A DNA stretch of 64,000 nt from assembly GCA_964247055.1 (NCBI GenBank), contig OZ176051.1:7626001-7690000 (forward strand). The letters are read 5' to 3'. A program made the position numbers and the translations under genes. Shown in pieces: positions 51,060 through 63,800 of the stretch (positions within the stretch are counted from its first letter, which is position 1; each line of letters starts with the position of its first letter). Below the pieces are notes generated by a model. That model made no database searches. It had not been told where the DNA came from and saw nothing but the letters and a program-made list of their open reading frames with translations. This DNA is from Paragordius varius (lineage: Eukaryota > Animalia > Nematomorpha).

Positions 51060-51795
51060 GAATCATATAAATACGGTTTCTATAAAATCTCAGTTCAAAA
51101 GATGACGTTTTTTTAAACACTTAAAAGCCAAAAATTTTTATGAAACTATAATAAAATAATTTATTTTAATTATTTACTAGCTAAACTCACCATTAAAATC
51201 TTAACATTCATATTTTATTCAGTAAAAAAAACTTCTATATCAAAATAAAACTAAGAAATATTGTTTTTTATTTTTTCATTTTTTGTCATCTGGTTTATGA
51301 GTATTTAAAAAATTTAATCTGTTCTTACATGAGTGGGAGTTATAAAGTATATAATTTTTGCATAATAGCATTTATAAGTAGTAAATATCAACCAACAATC
51401 CGTATAAATTCATTTAACAGGTTTGTTTTAACCCAAAATACTATTTTTTTGAGATATGTACGGATATTTGGTTAAATTTCTCTTGCTGTTAAATCCTATT
51501 TTTCTTAAATTATATACTTTATAACTCCCACTCATGTAATTCCAAAACAATACAGTTTAAATTTTTTATACGCTTATAAACCAGTAGACAAAAAATGAAA
51601 AAAAAAACCATATTTCTTAATTTTATTTTGATAAAGAAGTTTTTTTACTGAACAAAATATGAATGTTAACATATGAATAATGAGTTTAGCTAGTAAATAA
51701 TTAAAAAAATATTTTATTTTTGACTTTCAAGTGTGTTTAAAGAAAAAACGCCATCTTTCGAACTGAGATTTAATAGAAACCCTATTTATATGATT
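51060..51795. mobile_element. Foldback element nested in hAT copy B, ~300-bp inverted arms
   Basis: tttctataaaatctcagttc is inverted as gaactgagatttaatagaaa; acatgagtgggagttataaagtatataat is inverted as ttatatactttataactcccactcatgt. Confidence 0.85.
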
Positions 51796-53705
51796 TTAGG
51801 TTATTTATATATACAAAATATCTCCTAAAATGATAATCAATCATAATATCTCAATTTTTATCATTATTTTTTGAATTATTTTTAATTATCCATAATTTTC
51901 CCTTTTTGCCCAATTATGATTTTCTCATTTTCAAAAACTAGGTTGTTAACAAATAAAAATTTTTATGGCAAATGAATACGCTGGTCATAAGCTATCTCAT
52001 AAAAAAAATTGTTTTATTAAAAATTTTTTAGACAGTGATATATATTTAATCAGGATATTTTTTGTGGAAACTGTGTAATATACCACACCGATGGTGTAAA
52101 AACAGGCAAGGTATGTTTTAGTTTTGTACTGCGTCAAAGTTCAAAATATCTGGTTACATTATTGTAAGGGAGGAAAATTTTCTAATTACAACATTTTGTT
52201 ATTTGTACCAATACACAACTGTGTTGCCGATTCAACTATAACGTAATAGACCAGCATAAATGGGCATACTGTATTTAGAGCAATAAAGGTGGTTTTTGTA
52301 AATTACCGACCGATGTTCATAATAAAAATAAAGCCATTACATGATGTTAAATCATTCAGCCTATTCCTTACGGATGAGTTTAATAATTGTTTTTGAGGTA
52401 ACTATACACTACAATAACCTAAAAATTTGTTAAGAGCTTAAGGCAGTGGAAGTGCTATTTATGTGGATTGATTAAACTTTTTGATGTATTTTTTTGAGTA
52501 TGAGTGTCTCCAAATGTGTTAAACATATATGAAATTTTTATCGGTATTTAATGGTGCATGCTCTTAGGACAAATACGTATTTTAATGAATATCAAACGCA
52601 TAAGACGATAATTGAAACATTAATAAATAAATCATTAATATGGATAATACATTTTGGTCTGTGTTGTATTCATATATCTCGTGATAAGATATATTTTTAT
52701 AATAAAATGAACCATTAATGAGAGTCATGTCTCAAATATATTTTTCCAAATCAATTTTATTTTAAAAAGTCAATGATTCTGGTCGTGACCAGATTGGATC
52801 GGTAAAAGGGGGTTATAATCCCAACTTAATTGATAAATATGATTATGCTTATGTCATTTCATAATTTCCAGTATTAATAAACACGATTATTTTAATTTAT
52901 GAATGGATTTTTAAAAAAACTAAGCTAATTTTGATGTACTATTTCATGTTCGAGGTGTGTTAATAAATAAGTATAACGCAGGTCATTCCACAGAAGATGG
53001 CCCTTGCCCTTCCGAATTCCATTGATTGTGTCAGTGACACTTCGATCGCAGACTATGCAAATAATAATAGGTTATATATATATATAATCATTCTTATTTG
53101 CACCTTTGCAAAATTTGATTGATTTAGATAATATTCCATATCCTCGCTTGATTATATCAGTCCAACAGTGAAGGAAGTTAAAAAAATCATCTTTAACATT
53201 TGGATGCCACACATTCATTTTAGTCCTTGAATTCAAATAGGGGTAGTTAATAACCCAGGCCTGTTTAAAATTAAATTCTTTAATAAATATGGAACGAATC
53301 TAAACTATGGCAAAATTTTGCACTTATATAACATTAATAAACCGAAATATATCATTTCATTCAAAAATACTTAATATTATTTTTTTTAATATAAACCGAA
53401 AGGTAAAAATTTAGTCAAGGGACATGTGTGCAATGGTAAAATTGAAAAAGAATACAAAATAAATCGCTTATTCTATTTCTATCAATGTTTGATGATGAAT
53501 AGAAAATTTAATCCTTAAAATTAAATGAATCTTTGACATAGAACTTTTTTCAAAACAAAATTTTGTTTAGATATTTTGGCATAATAGAAGCATAAATTTA
53601 AATTCGGAGCGTTTCCTTCTGTAGTTATCTTAACTCAAATTTAGTCTGGGGTATTTAGATACCCCAATTTAAATCAAAGTAATTAACAACTTTGTTTATG
53701 AATGG

Positions 53706-54072
53706 ATGCTACTTATGAACGATGAGGACCGTTTAAAATGCATAAACGACAAGATAAGGGGTCAAATTATTAAATCCAATTCAGAAAAGGCATTATTAGG
53801 TATAATCAAGGTTTACTTAGATAACAAAATACATGAGATAACTAATGATATAAACAGGATTGATTCTAAATACCAAGAGGAAAAAATATCTTATGAATAT
53901 ATGATGAAATCTTTGAACGACATTAACAAACAAGTATGTTAGTTTTAATATATAGTTGGAAATGCATAATGCTGAAATACCAAATTTAAAAGATCAAAAA
54001 CAAATGCTATTTAATAAATTGAAAAAAATAATGAAAGATGAACAATTATTTTTGTATAATGAGAAAAAATAA
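53706..54072 (+). CDS. Small (114-aa) coiled-coil-like orphan ORF with one 22-nt intron; may be the 3' part of a longer gene
   Basis: ORF 53706-53933, intron gtatgttagttttaatatatag (53934-53955), then exon 53956-54072 continuing in frame (LEMHNAEIPNLKDQKQMLFNKLKKIMKDEQLFLYNEKK*). Composition is charged and helix-favouring. Confidence 0.6.
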
Positions 54073-55226
54073 ATATATATGCGTATATCTAAATTATTAA
54101 TAATTGGATCCGAATTTTTTTTATGGTACCAAACCCAATAGCTGGCATTAAAAACGGTTTCAAAATTGTTTATATACTACAAGGCATGGTTACATTAATA
54201 AAATATAATTTTTTTATGACAAATTTAACACTCCATTGCCTTTTGGGAAGTTTTATGTCCAGGAGGTATTTAAAGTTTAAGATTCTAAATATTTATTTAT
54301 TAAGTAGAATTTAAAAAATATGTTTTTTGTTTTTTAGCCTTATAGCGCATTATATAAAAAAATTAAAAAAAAATGTAAAATAAAAAAAATCCTCACCAAA
54401 TATTTTTGCCATTTTTTTCTTTATTTAAGTCTCTAATAGAAAACGTAAATAATTAACTTTAAAAAGCTATCTGACTACATTTTACCATCAAAAACTTGAT
54501 ATATTTTAATTTTAATATTGGCTGTTTTTTCATTCCATTGTGTTTGAGCTGTTCAGACTTTAGAAGTCACAAAACTGTTAAAAATACAGGCTTTATTTTT
54601 TAATACATGGGAACAATGCTTGATAATTTGTAAAACTATAATTTATTTACAATTTGAGGGACATAAAATCACCCCAATATGTGAACTAGGATAAAAAAAG
54701 TGAAAAGATAATTCAGTATTCAAACATATCAAATATGGCTATTAATAAAGAAAAAGAATTATTTTATGTTTTACGCCTTTTATTATAATTTTGCTGTAAT
54801 ACTAAGTAAATCACACGCAAACAACCATACAAGAACGTATAAGCATACACTTAAAAACTACTTTATGAGTTCACCGAAATTTTTGAATATATGATTGTGT
54901 TAGCCCCACCCGTATTGTCAGGCCTTGTGTTCAATTCCATAATAAAATTAGCGATTTTTGTTAGTTTCTACTTGTGAGCTTGACGATTTTTCGAATCAAT
55001 TTAATTTTGGTCATTTATATTTTAAAATGCGCAATCATAGTTATTTTTTAATATGCATTTGTTTTTAGGGTCATTTTTAGAAAAAATCGCATTGATCGAA
55101 AAAATACAAGTTTTTAGATATCCAGATGCTTGTCAGTATCGTTTATTGCCAAGTAAAAAAATGGATTTTTTAGAATATCTCTGGGACACTTAAAAAATTT
55201 GAGCACCCGTCACTTCTCTTTATCAC

Positions 55227-55424
55227 CAGTGGCTTTCAAACCCTAACCCCAATAGTGATTTTTTAGGGCCCTGAATTATTTTTAAAATAATTTTATATAT
55301 TTCTTTTGAGTTATAATATCCGCAAATGTGTCAAACAGTTATAAATTTCTCTATTTTATGGTACACGGCCCTTGAGACAAGATAAATATTTTTTGCGGCC
55401 CTTTATTTTTGGTGAGTACCACTG
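55227..55424. mobile_element. Short hAT-like MITE (cagtgg...ccactg); related sequence at ~63408-63560
   Basis: The termini are inverted, and gccctgaattattt...ttttgagt...ggccctt is shared with the 63.4-kb copy. The TSD is not convincing. Confidence 0.5.
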
Positions 55425-55599
55425 CTTTAAACAAACAAAAGATAAGGCTTATGTAAAGGTCTTTCTTTCATAATGTTATTACATAAAATCAACCATATAT
55501 AAATTTTTTATCCTACATCATATCGGCAGTTATGAGTATAGAAATACTCAACTCCGTGTTTTACAAAGCTTTATTTATTACCAATCGTATTGGTTCTCT

Positions 55600-56212
55600 A
55601 GAAACATTTAATAATATAAAATATGGCTGATTCTATAAAAAATATATAGGAAATACTCATACTTTGCGCGGCGTATCTTTATGAAATCACATTCAGGCAA
55701 CTTTAAAAACGTATATCTTATCTTCAAAAATGGTCATATGAGAGGACGAGACTTTTGTGAATAAGATTTGTGGGTTAAAATTTGTATCTATCTAAATCGT
55801 GTTTTGTCGATTTCACGGAAAACGTATTAACTCATAAGAATTTAATTTATGGCCATTTATCATATTGAATCACTGGGTTTCTTGCTTCATAACTAGACCG
55901 CTAAACTCAGATTTTAATGCAGTTGTACGGATAACCTTTTAACACATTAACCAAGTATCTCCTTTAAATTTAATTGCTGATCATGTTCACTCTTGTGGCA
56001 GCGTCTCCCGTACAATCGACAGCAATCGTCTCTGGAAAAAAATAGTAAGTTTTCCACACTTGGAAATGAAATAGCTTCATTCTTAAAATTTAAAAAAAGC
56101 AATATTCCAGAAAAAGTGTAGGTTCAGTAAAAAAAATAATTATTTATTTTTAAATGATGGGCATATTATGATCGCGCCTTTTTTTTGAAGTAGGGATCCA
56201 ACCCCACCCTGA
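55600..56212. mobile_element. Heavily decayed probable Tc1/mariner-type relic
   Basis: GC-richer stop-riddled stretch ending in a ccaccctg motif typical of Tc1-family TIRs; only vague transposase-like peptides. Confidence 0.25.
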
Positions 56213-57265
56213 ACAGGCCCATATAATATATCTGTCTTTTTAGAAAGGGTATAAAATATTATGAATTGGTATACTTTTTCCCTCTTGTAGCAAAACCATG
56301 GTTTTCACGCAATTTTTTACAGTCTTAACTATTTTATTATAAATGCGCCGATCATGGTCAAGCCACATTTTTTGATAAATTGGGAAAAAAATATAATTAA
56401 AAAAACTGCTCACAAAATTTAAGTAAAATTAATGCTGCCTAACAAATTTTTAGGTTTCTCCAAATTTTGGCATAACACTAGAAGAAAGTGTCAAAATAAA
56501 TAGTAAGTATATAGTTTTTTTACATTCCTATGATCCAATAAGATATCTAATGTTCATATATTTTTTTAATGCCGCTGTCCGTTTTTTAAATCAAAAAAGC
56601 GGCCCACGAACCATTTGTGTTGGATACCCGCTTCAAAGCCACTTACTTTGATAAAATAAAAAAAACGTCAAATTCTTCCGGCAATTTAGATAAAGTTTTT
56701 AGCAACTTTCAATTATCATCATAATAATTCTTAACCAACCAAATAATAATAAACCCGCTGCTTATCCTTATAAAATTAATAAATTGATATTTTATGCGTT
56801 TCATAGTACATGTAATATAAAAATATTTATTAAATTCACAAAATACTTTTGCTTCTCAAATGATGTAATGAATAATGATAATATAATAATAATGTGTAGC
56901 AATACAGGTTTATAAAAAAATTTAAGGTGTATATAAAACTGAGTTGCAGAATAACAAATATAAAATTTCTGTTTTAAATGCATACATAAACAGATTACTA
57001 CCAATAATAATATATATTGTATAATGATTTTCTTCGTATACCATATTGAATATGTAATAATTTAAGTATGTATGTATATAAATATACAAAAATATTGGTT
57101 TGTTTGATTTTATCCTTCCAAAATAATTTAATTGTTGTTTTACGGTTGGCTCAATACTTGGAGTTGGTGTATTTTATACATAATCTCCTAAACCCAAAAC
57201 TATTCTAAAAAATTTCCTAATGAGACACAAAATAAGATTATGTTTTTAAGTGTGTGTGTGCTATA

Positions 57266-59631
57266 TTAGGCACAACATTCACCCGTAAGTTTATGGAAAA
57301 GAGTTTCATCCAAAGTTTGAACATTTTCTTCTTTGCTCCTCATTGAGGTAAATACATATCCACCAATAAATTCATGTATCACTTTACAATCCGTACTTGT
57401 GCAGTAAAAACAGAGTCTAATAAATGTAATAAATAAAATGAATGCTATGAGAAGCTAAAATTAATAAGGCGAAATAAAAAAAAGGGAATTCTTGTTTTCT
57501 TTTTAAATTATTGGTTTTTATCATTATTTTATTATTAATCCATTCAAAAATTTATATTGCATTCTGGATATAATTTAGTTTTATATACAAATTCGTAAGG
57601 AACGTTCTCGTTGACAATATTATAAATAGAAACGGTTTATGGCACATTCACAACAAAAAGTCATTATTATTTAGATTTTTGCCTTACTTTTCTGTATTTT
57701 TGTCGTCATTAGAGCTGTCACTAAGTTTTCGTGTTGCGATTCGATTGTTTGACACAAAGTTTAAGAGTGAAGGCGAATATTGACCGTTTTGTGAATCGTT
57801 AGATGGTGTGCTATCTTTGTTATGAGCCGTTTTGGGATCAACAAATTCAAGCATTACCATTTTTATTTCCCAATTTACTGACCAATTCTGTGCCATATTA
57901 GAAAATATAAAGAGATGATAAATCAAATATGAAAAATGTATATGAAATAGAGAACTAATATACTTTCATATTCGTAAATCGCCAACTTTTTACATGTTCT
58001 CCACTGTTCATGTCTATTTTGATGATTCGATTATGGGCAATGGCTAATAGTTCCTAAAAAAGGCGATTAATATTAGCAAACAATTTTTTAATTTATAAAG
58101 TAATTGAAAGATTATCTTTCTTATAAACGATAAAAAATCGTCTTTATTGGTATTAAAGTAAACGCGTCAAAATATATATAAATTTACTTATTTGGATAAT
58201 TTTAAAAGGACTTTTTTTATAATGTTTTATTATTTAAAGCAGTTGCATCATTAAAATCACTGTTAATTTATAATATGAAATATATTTTACTTCTTTTTTG
58301 GGTTGATTAGCAAATCGTACAGTGAAATAGGTGAAACCAAACTCCGGCAAAGCTTGCCAACTTCTGATATAGGCCATTTTAGCATCCATACTATTTAGAC
58401 TACATATGTTTGAATGGGCCTCAATAATTTTTCCATTGACCTGCATTATTTAACAAAGATACACTATATTGTGCCATATCAAATTAGATCAAAGATAGTT
58501 AAAAAAATAATAAATTTATTGTATCTATGTTCAAATTTTATAAATACTCTAAAAGTTATAATAGTAAGTACCATATTTTGTTTGTATTTCTTTAGAGTTC
58601 TTTTAGGTACGCATTCATCCAATCTAAATGTTTGCTTGGATGCTGTTCTAGAGGCAGATCCATCAGTACGAAACAGTGTGGAGAAACGATTCATTAAATT
58701 TGGTGTCGGCAGGGATATAGTATTGTTTTGATCTATGAGGATAATAAAAGACGTTTTAAAAAAATTAGTAAAATATAGAGTTATTTTTTGTTAAACTCAT
58801 TGATAAATGGCAAAAAATTTAATTTATTTTATCCATTGTCAGTAACCAAGAAAGTAAGAAAACGGCTTATAAACAGAAATAACAAACAAACTTTAAAGCT
58901 TTTTCATTCTGAGTTAACCAAATATATTTATGATCAAATAAGTTTTGGAGAGTTCTTATATTTGGACAAAAAATTATTTTCGAAAAAAGTAGCAAGAGTA
59001 CATGTTGTATACATGAAACAGAGCCATCATCTATACTATCTTGGCCAAGCACATCCCCATTCCTGCCATTAGATTGTGATTCAACACTACTAATGGTTGA
59101 CGTTTGTATCCGCAAAAAAGCTAAAATTGAACTCATTTCCGCTTTGAAAGTTTCCACATCGGAAATTCTGCCTTGTGAACTGGCTAAGCGACAAGCTGCC
59201 ATCCATTTAGCATATTGTTGTTCCTTTGAGAGAGATAAACACAAAAAATGTTAATTATAATACATGAAAAAGACATATTATTGAGTGAATATGGATGGAT
59301 CTTCCATAGTAAATATAATATAGTTTTTATTTATTTATTTAATAAACAATGTTTATAACATTATAAACAGTTATATTATTGTTTATACGGGGTGTCTTGT
59401 TTTTTAAAATGGTGAATAGGAAAAAAATGTGTATGGAATATTTTTTCGTTTTTTACTAAATTGTATTATTTAGCAGAAAAAAACACCAAAAATTCATATT
59501 TGTTCATATAAATTTGAAAATTTAATCCCTATCAGAAAATTAAAATACCCATATAATGCATATTCATATCATGCCCAATATTTTTTATCCATTTCATCAT
59601 TTAAATTAAATGTATAAAATAATTTTAAATG

Positions 59632-59683
<52 letters not shown>

Positions 59684-62600
59684 TGACCATTCATTTTGAT
59701 TTTTTACATATTTATATCATTAATACACCAATAAAACTTGAATATATAACTAGCATCTCAATAAATCAGAATATATCATTGATAATTTTAAAAACAATGA
59801 TTCAAAAATGTTAACTTACTGTTTCACACTTTAGCCAATATTCAATTATGCCTTTGGCTTGGGGTACCCGTATTTTTATAGCATACTTTTTGTGCGATAC
59901 ATTTACATCTGGTACAATTTCAGAACCTTTGAAAATATAAAAATTTAAAAATTAATAATACTTTGTATTAAAACCAATTATAATTTAAATAAATAATTAA
60001 AATAATTTAATAGATATACCCTTTAGGTCAATGACAAGAAGGGGTGGTTTGGTCGGATAACTATCATCATTTTCGTAACAAAATATACGAGCGTCCTTGT
60101 ACACGGTAAAATGCGTTTTGAAAGTTTTAATGGGAAACTTTTTGGGTCTAAGAACAAATTTAATATAAAACAATATTCCTTATAAAATAGATTGTTAACT
60201 ATGAATTATCCAAATTCGTTTGACATTATATAATTTACCGTTTATTTGTAAAAAACAGTCTGAGAATAAAAAATGACATGATTGTTTAAAACGTACTTAA
60301 ATAATTTCAGTTTATCCTTAATTTCCAAACTATTTCCATACATTCCCGTGCTCATAGTAATTCCAAGGTTTTGCAACATTGTTGTCGCAGTAGAATTGCT
60401 GGATGGGTTAGTAAAAACCTCATCATCCTCATTACCTGGCCCATTAGTTTTGTTAGGTAACGTCCCATTACCAGTTATGTGATTTTTATGTCCCGCATCT
60501 AATATCAAATACGCATATTTTACACAAATATTGAACAAAATCATGAAATAAAACTCAATAATCGAATAATTTGGGCGTGAAATACAAATCTGAATTGTTT
60601 CATTTTTTATGAGGAGTTATTTATCATCAGTCGAAATAAAAAAATAATCCAATAGTTGGAATGTATTAATTAAAATTATTAACCCAAAAATGTCACAATA
60701 TATAAAAAAAAATATTGAAACCTTTTCTAGCAAGAGTGTTGACTGTAGATTTAAGAGATTGCTGTAAAAAAGATGGTGTCTCTCCAGCCGCATACTCAAG
60801 CGATAATTGTAAATCATTTAGGGCTTCGTCAATGTCACCTGGCAAAAGGTAAACACAACATAAAACAATAAAATTGAGAATATCTGTAAACAATGATCTT
60901 TAATACAAACACAATTTTTCCCTAAGTTTTCTATTTTACAGCAATAAAAAAATAAATTTTATTAACAGATATTGCATCATATTTTCCATAAATTACCAAA
61001 AAAACTAAAAAAGAAAAAAAGGTAAAACCTAATGCAGAGGGATCAGCCAAAACATTTTTCTTAGTTTTAGCGATTAAGCGTGGAGATTTTGTGGAGGATT
61101 TGCTTGAGTTGTTGTTATTATTTGTGTAACCATTGTTAGCAGAGATGGCTGGAGTTGAAGTATCTGATCGTGTTGTATTTTGCGTTGAAGACTCTGACGA
61201 AAATTCATCCAAAAAATAAGTATTATTATTATTATCTGTCATATCGGTACCACCACCGTGCACATGTGAAAACCCATTTGGCAAGCGGTTCATATTGTTA
61301 GGGTTTATTGAATTACCAATAATAGAAGATTTGTAAGGAGGATTCGACTGTCCGTATTTATAGGATGTGGATGTCGTGTTTTGTGAATCACAAACTTGAG
61401 ATTGAAGCTAAACGCAAAATCAGAGAAAAAGCTTTGTAAAATATGGATAAAGCCTCTTTAAACCTATAATTTGGAATTTTTTAGTTTTACTTTTTTGTCT
61501 TTTTAAGTAAGTATACTGTGGGCATTATTCAATATTTATAGTTAAATTAATAAATATTTAAAGACAACATTTATTAATTAAACAGATATTGATGGTTATA
61601 AGGGTATTTAAATTGGTAATACTTACGTTTAAATTAAATTTTTGTCTACCTTCTTAGTTAATAAACTTATATATATATATATATATAACTTTCTGCTTAG
61701 CTTATTTTTAAGTTACCTGTAATGCGGCAAATAAGATAGCCTCCTCGTCGGTACAATCAACCGTTTCGTACAAAATGCAATTTTTAGCATGTTGGAAAAG
61801 TAAGTGAATGCGGTATTCATCCAACTATTTTTTGAACCACCAAAATTAATTATATAATGAAAAATAAAGTTAAATTTTTACAATAAAACATAAATAAAGT
61901 ATCTACCTTTGGATTTAAATCAAAGAAATTGTAAAATTTGAAGCGTAACATAATTATTTGGTCTTCCAATATGCCTTGTTCCATGAGAGACAGGGAGGAA
62001 TTTAACCAGCTAAAAACATAAAATAAATTTATAGATTTTTCAACATAGTTTATAAAATCAACACTTTATCAATCAAATATAGAATAATACGAATTATAAG
62101 CAGATAACTAAAATGAGTGCGCGGTTGGTTTGCCATATTTTTAAAAATTTTGTTTGTTTGAAATGGTTTAGAAAACAGTTCGATAATAACGTTTATTAAT
62201 TCTTAAATAATGTGCATTTTAACCAAAAAACTTTATGTAATAATTTGAGCACATTGCATATATTTTTTAGAAAAAAGAGTTTAAAATGAAATGCTTTCCG
62301 GGTTTAATCCTAATGTTTGGTCAAATGGTTTTTGTTACCATACCTTTATGATTTGAAGAAAGTAAAAACATTTAAATAAAAATATACATTAAAATATAAA
62401 ATAATATTAACTAAAACTTTTTTAACTGCTAATCATTAAAATATAATAACTATAATTTATTAAGTAAAAAACAATAATAATATAGGGGGGGGGGGGGGGG
62501 GCGTAATGAAAAAGGCTCTCACAAGTTTTATGTAAATTAATGTAATAAAAACAATAAAGCTTGATTTATAAATGGACTTAATAATATATGATACTTTTAC

Positions 62601-63210
62601 AAAATAAAACTTTTTTCTAAGATAAATCTGATAATTGCTAAAACTTTTCTTGTTTTTATCACCTCACCCAAGGTTGTTTATATTGTATAATATAATTTTA
62701 ATTAAATATGGAGCAGTTACACAAAATAATTTCCAACTATTGGTAATAAAAGTAACTGCTAAAAAATAAAAAAAACCGTCATATTTTAAAAACAACTTAC
62801 GAATCATTGATTCTAGCCTTTTCCAAAAACGTTTTTGGCCTAACTAGTTGACATGTGTACGCGTTTCTATTGTGCGGTGTAGAATTCAAAGAGCTATCCT
62901 GTACATTAGTATTGGAGGATGAAGCAAAACTTACATCTTTTAACGAGTCATATTTTGAGGTGCCAGAATTTGTCGTTAAATTTAGAATATCTACAACATT
63001 ATTTTTGGCGCCATTTAATTTGACATCATTTTTGTTGCCATGGGAACTGGTTCGCATAGATGTCCGATTTTGTCCTTGTTGTATTATTCCATTTATTGGT
63101 GGTACTAACCCACTATCTGAACTAAATCTATGAGGTGGAGTTAGGTACATTGATGATGATGTTATATCATTGTTTGTTGTTGAGTTCGGTCCATTCTTGG
63201 GTATTTTATT
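57266..63210 (-). CDS. FERMT: Kindlin (fermitin family), 13 exons in the window; F0/F1 N-terminus lies beyond the window
   Basis: [13 protein letters not shown]|[12 protein letters not shown]...[14 protein letters not shown]|[14 protein letters not shown]...[27 protein letters not shown], the PH domain [14 protein letters not shown]...[37 protein letters not shown]...[21 protein letters not shown]|[10 protein letters not shown] and [13 protein letters not shown]...[11 protein letters not shown] all match kindlin. Introns are 76-791 nt. Confidence 0.96.
59636..59679. repeat. (AT)n microsatellite, ~22 units, in a kindlin intron
   Basis: Uninterrupted alternating at run. Confidence 0.95.
62485..62501 (+). 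repeat. G17 homopolymer in a kindlin intron
   Basis: 17 consecutive G in otherwise very AT-rich DNA. Confidence 0.9.
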
Positions 63211-63564
63211 CTATACACGTGTAGGTAAAGATAATTGAAAGTAAGGTAGAATTTTTGATAACTTCGGAAAAATTAAAAAGGTTTGATCGCTAAAAAATGG
63301 AGTTTTTGAAAATGATAGATCGTCGTAAACGATAAGAAAATATAAAATAAATAAAATATTAACTTGAATAATATTTCAATCTTACAATTTTAAACACATA
63401 AATTAAACCAGTGATACTTAAACCGCGGCCTACGCATGGAGCTCTAAAAGTACTTTTTATGGCCCTGAATTATTTCTTAAATTTTTATGTATATATTTTG
63501 AGTACATGAATCTATAATGGCCCTTAAACAGGATAATTTTTAATTGTTCAGTGCGAACTAAAAG

Positions 63565-63800
63565 TGGGGGGATTAAAAAAAATTTTCTGACGACTTGCAA
63601 GTTTTTCAAGTCATGGCTTGCTTTCAGGTGATAAAAAAAATTTAACATTACACGACTTAAGTCAAGCAGGAAAACTTGATAAGGAGGTGATATAAAATCA
63701 TACAATCAAGTGAAACTTGAAGTTTTGCAAGTGATGTAGGGCACATTTACCAGATTTGAAAATATGAATAAAATTATTTCGGAAACTATTTATATACCAT
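63565..63800. mobile_element. Partial second copy of the 47540-48548 MITE arm
   Basis: Reverse complement of ~48300-48545 (gacttgcaagtttttcaag.catggcttgctttca.gtgataaaaaaaa...ttacacgacttaagtcaagca). Confidence 0.8.

Larger units (their letters stand above)
49758..52161. mobile_element. Non-autonomous hAT element (copy B, reverse of copy A) carrying further nested insertions
   Basis: TIRs are taatgtgaccaga (49758) and tctggttacatta (52161), with a perfect 8-bp TSD ttgtaagg (49750-49757, 52162-52169). 49758-50710 is collinear with the reverse complement of copy A. Confidence 0.9.

Noticed and set aside
56200-56225. ccaccctgaacaggccc resembling the 5' part of 5S rRNA
   Set aside because: Similarity stops after ~20 nt with no internal control region; the motif also fits a Tc1-type TIR.
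59629-59814. ORF with an IYIYIY repeat
   Set aside because: It is a translation of the (AT)n microsatellite.
58414-63133. Plus-strand ORFs opposite kindlin exons (58414, 58788, 60282, 62855) and similar antisense ORFs over HAT1, ZFPL1 and the CBM14 gene
   Set aside because: They are shadows of the real coding strand, with no independent evidence.
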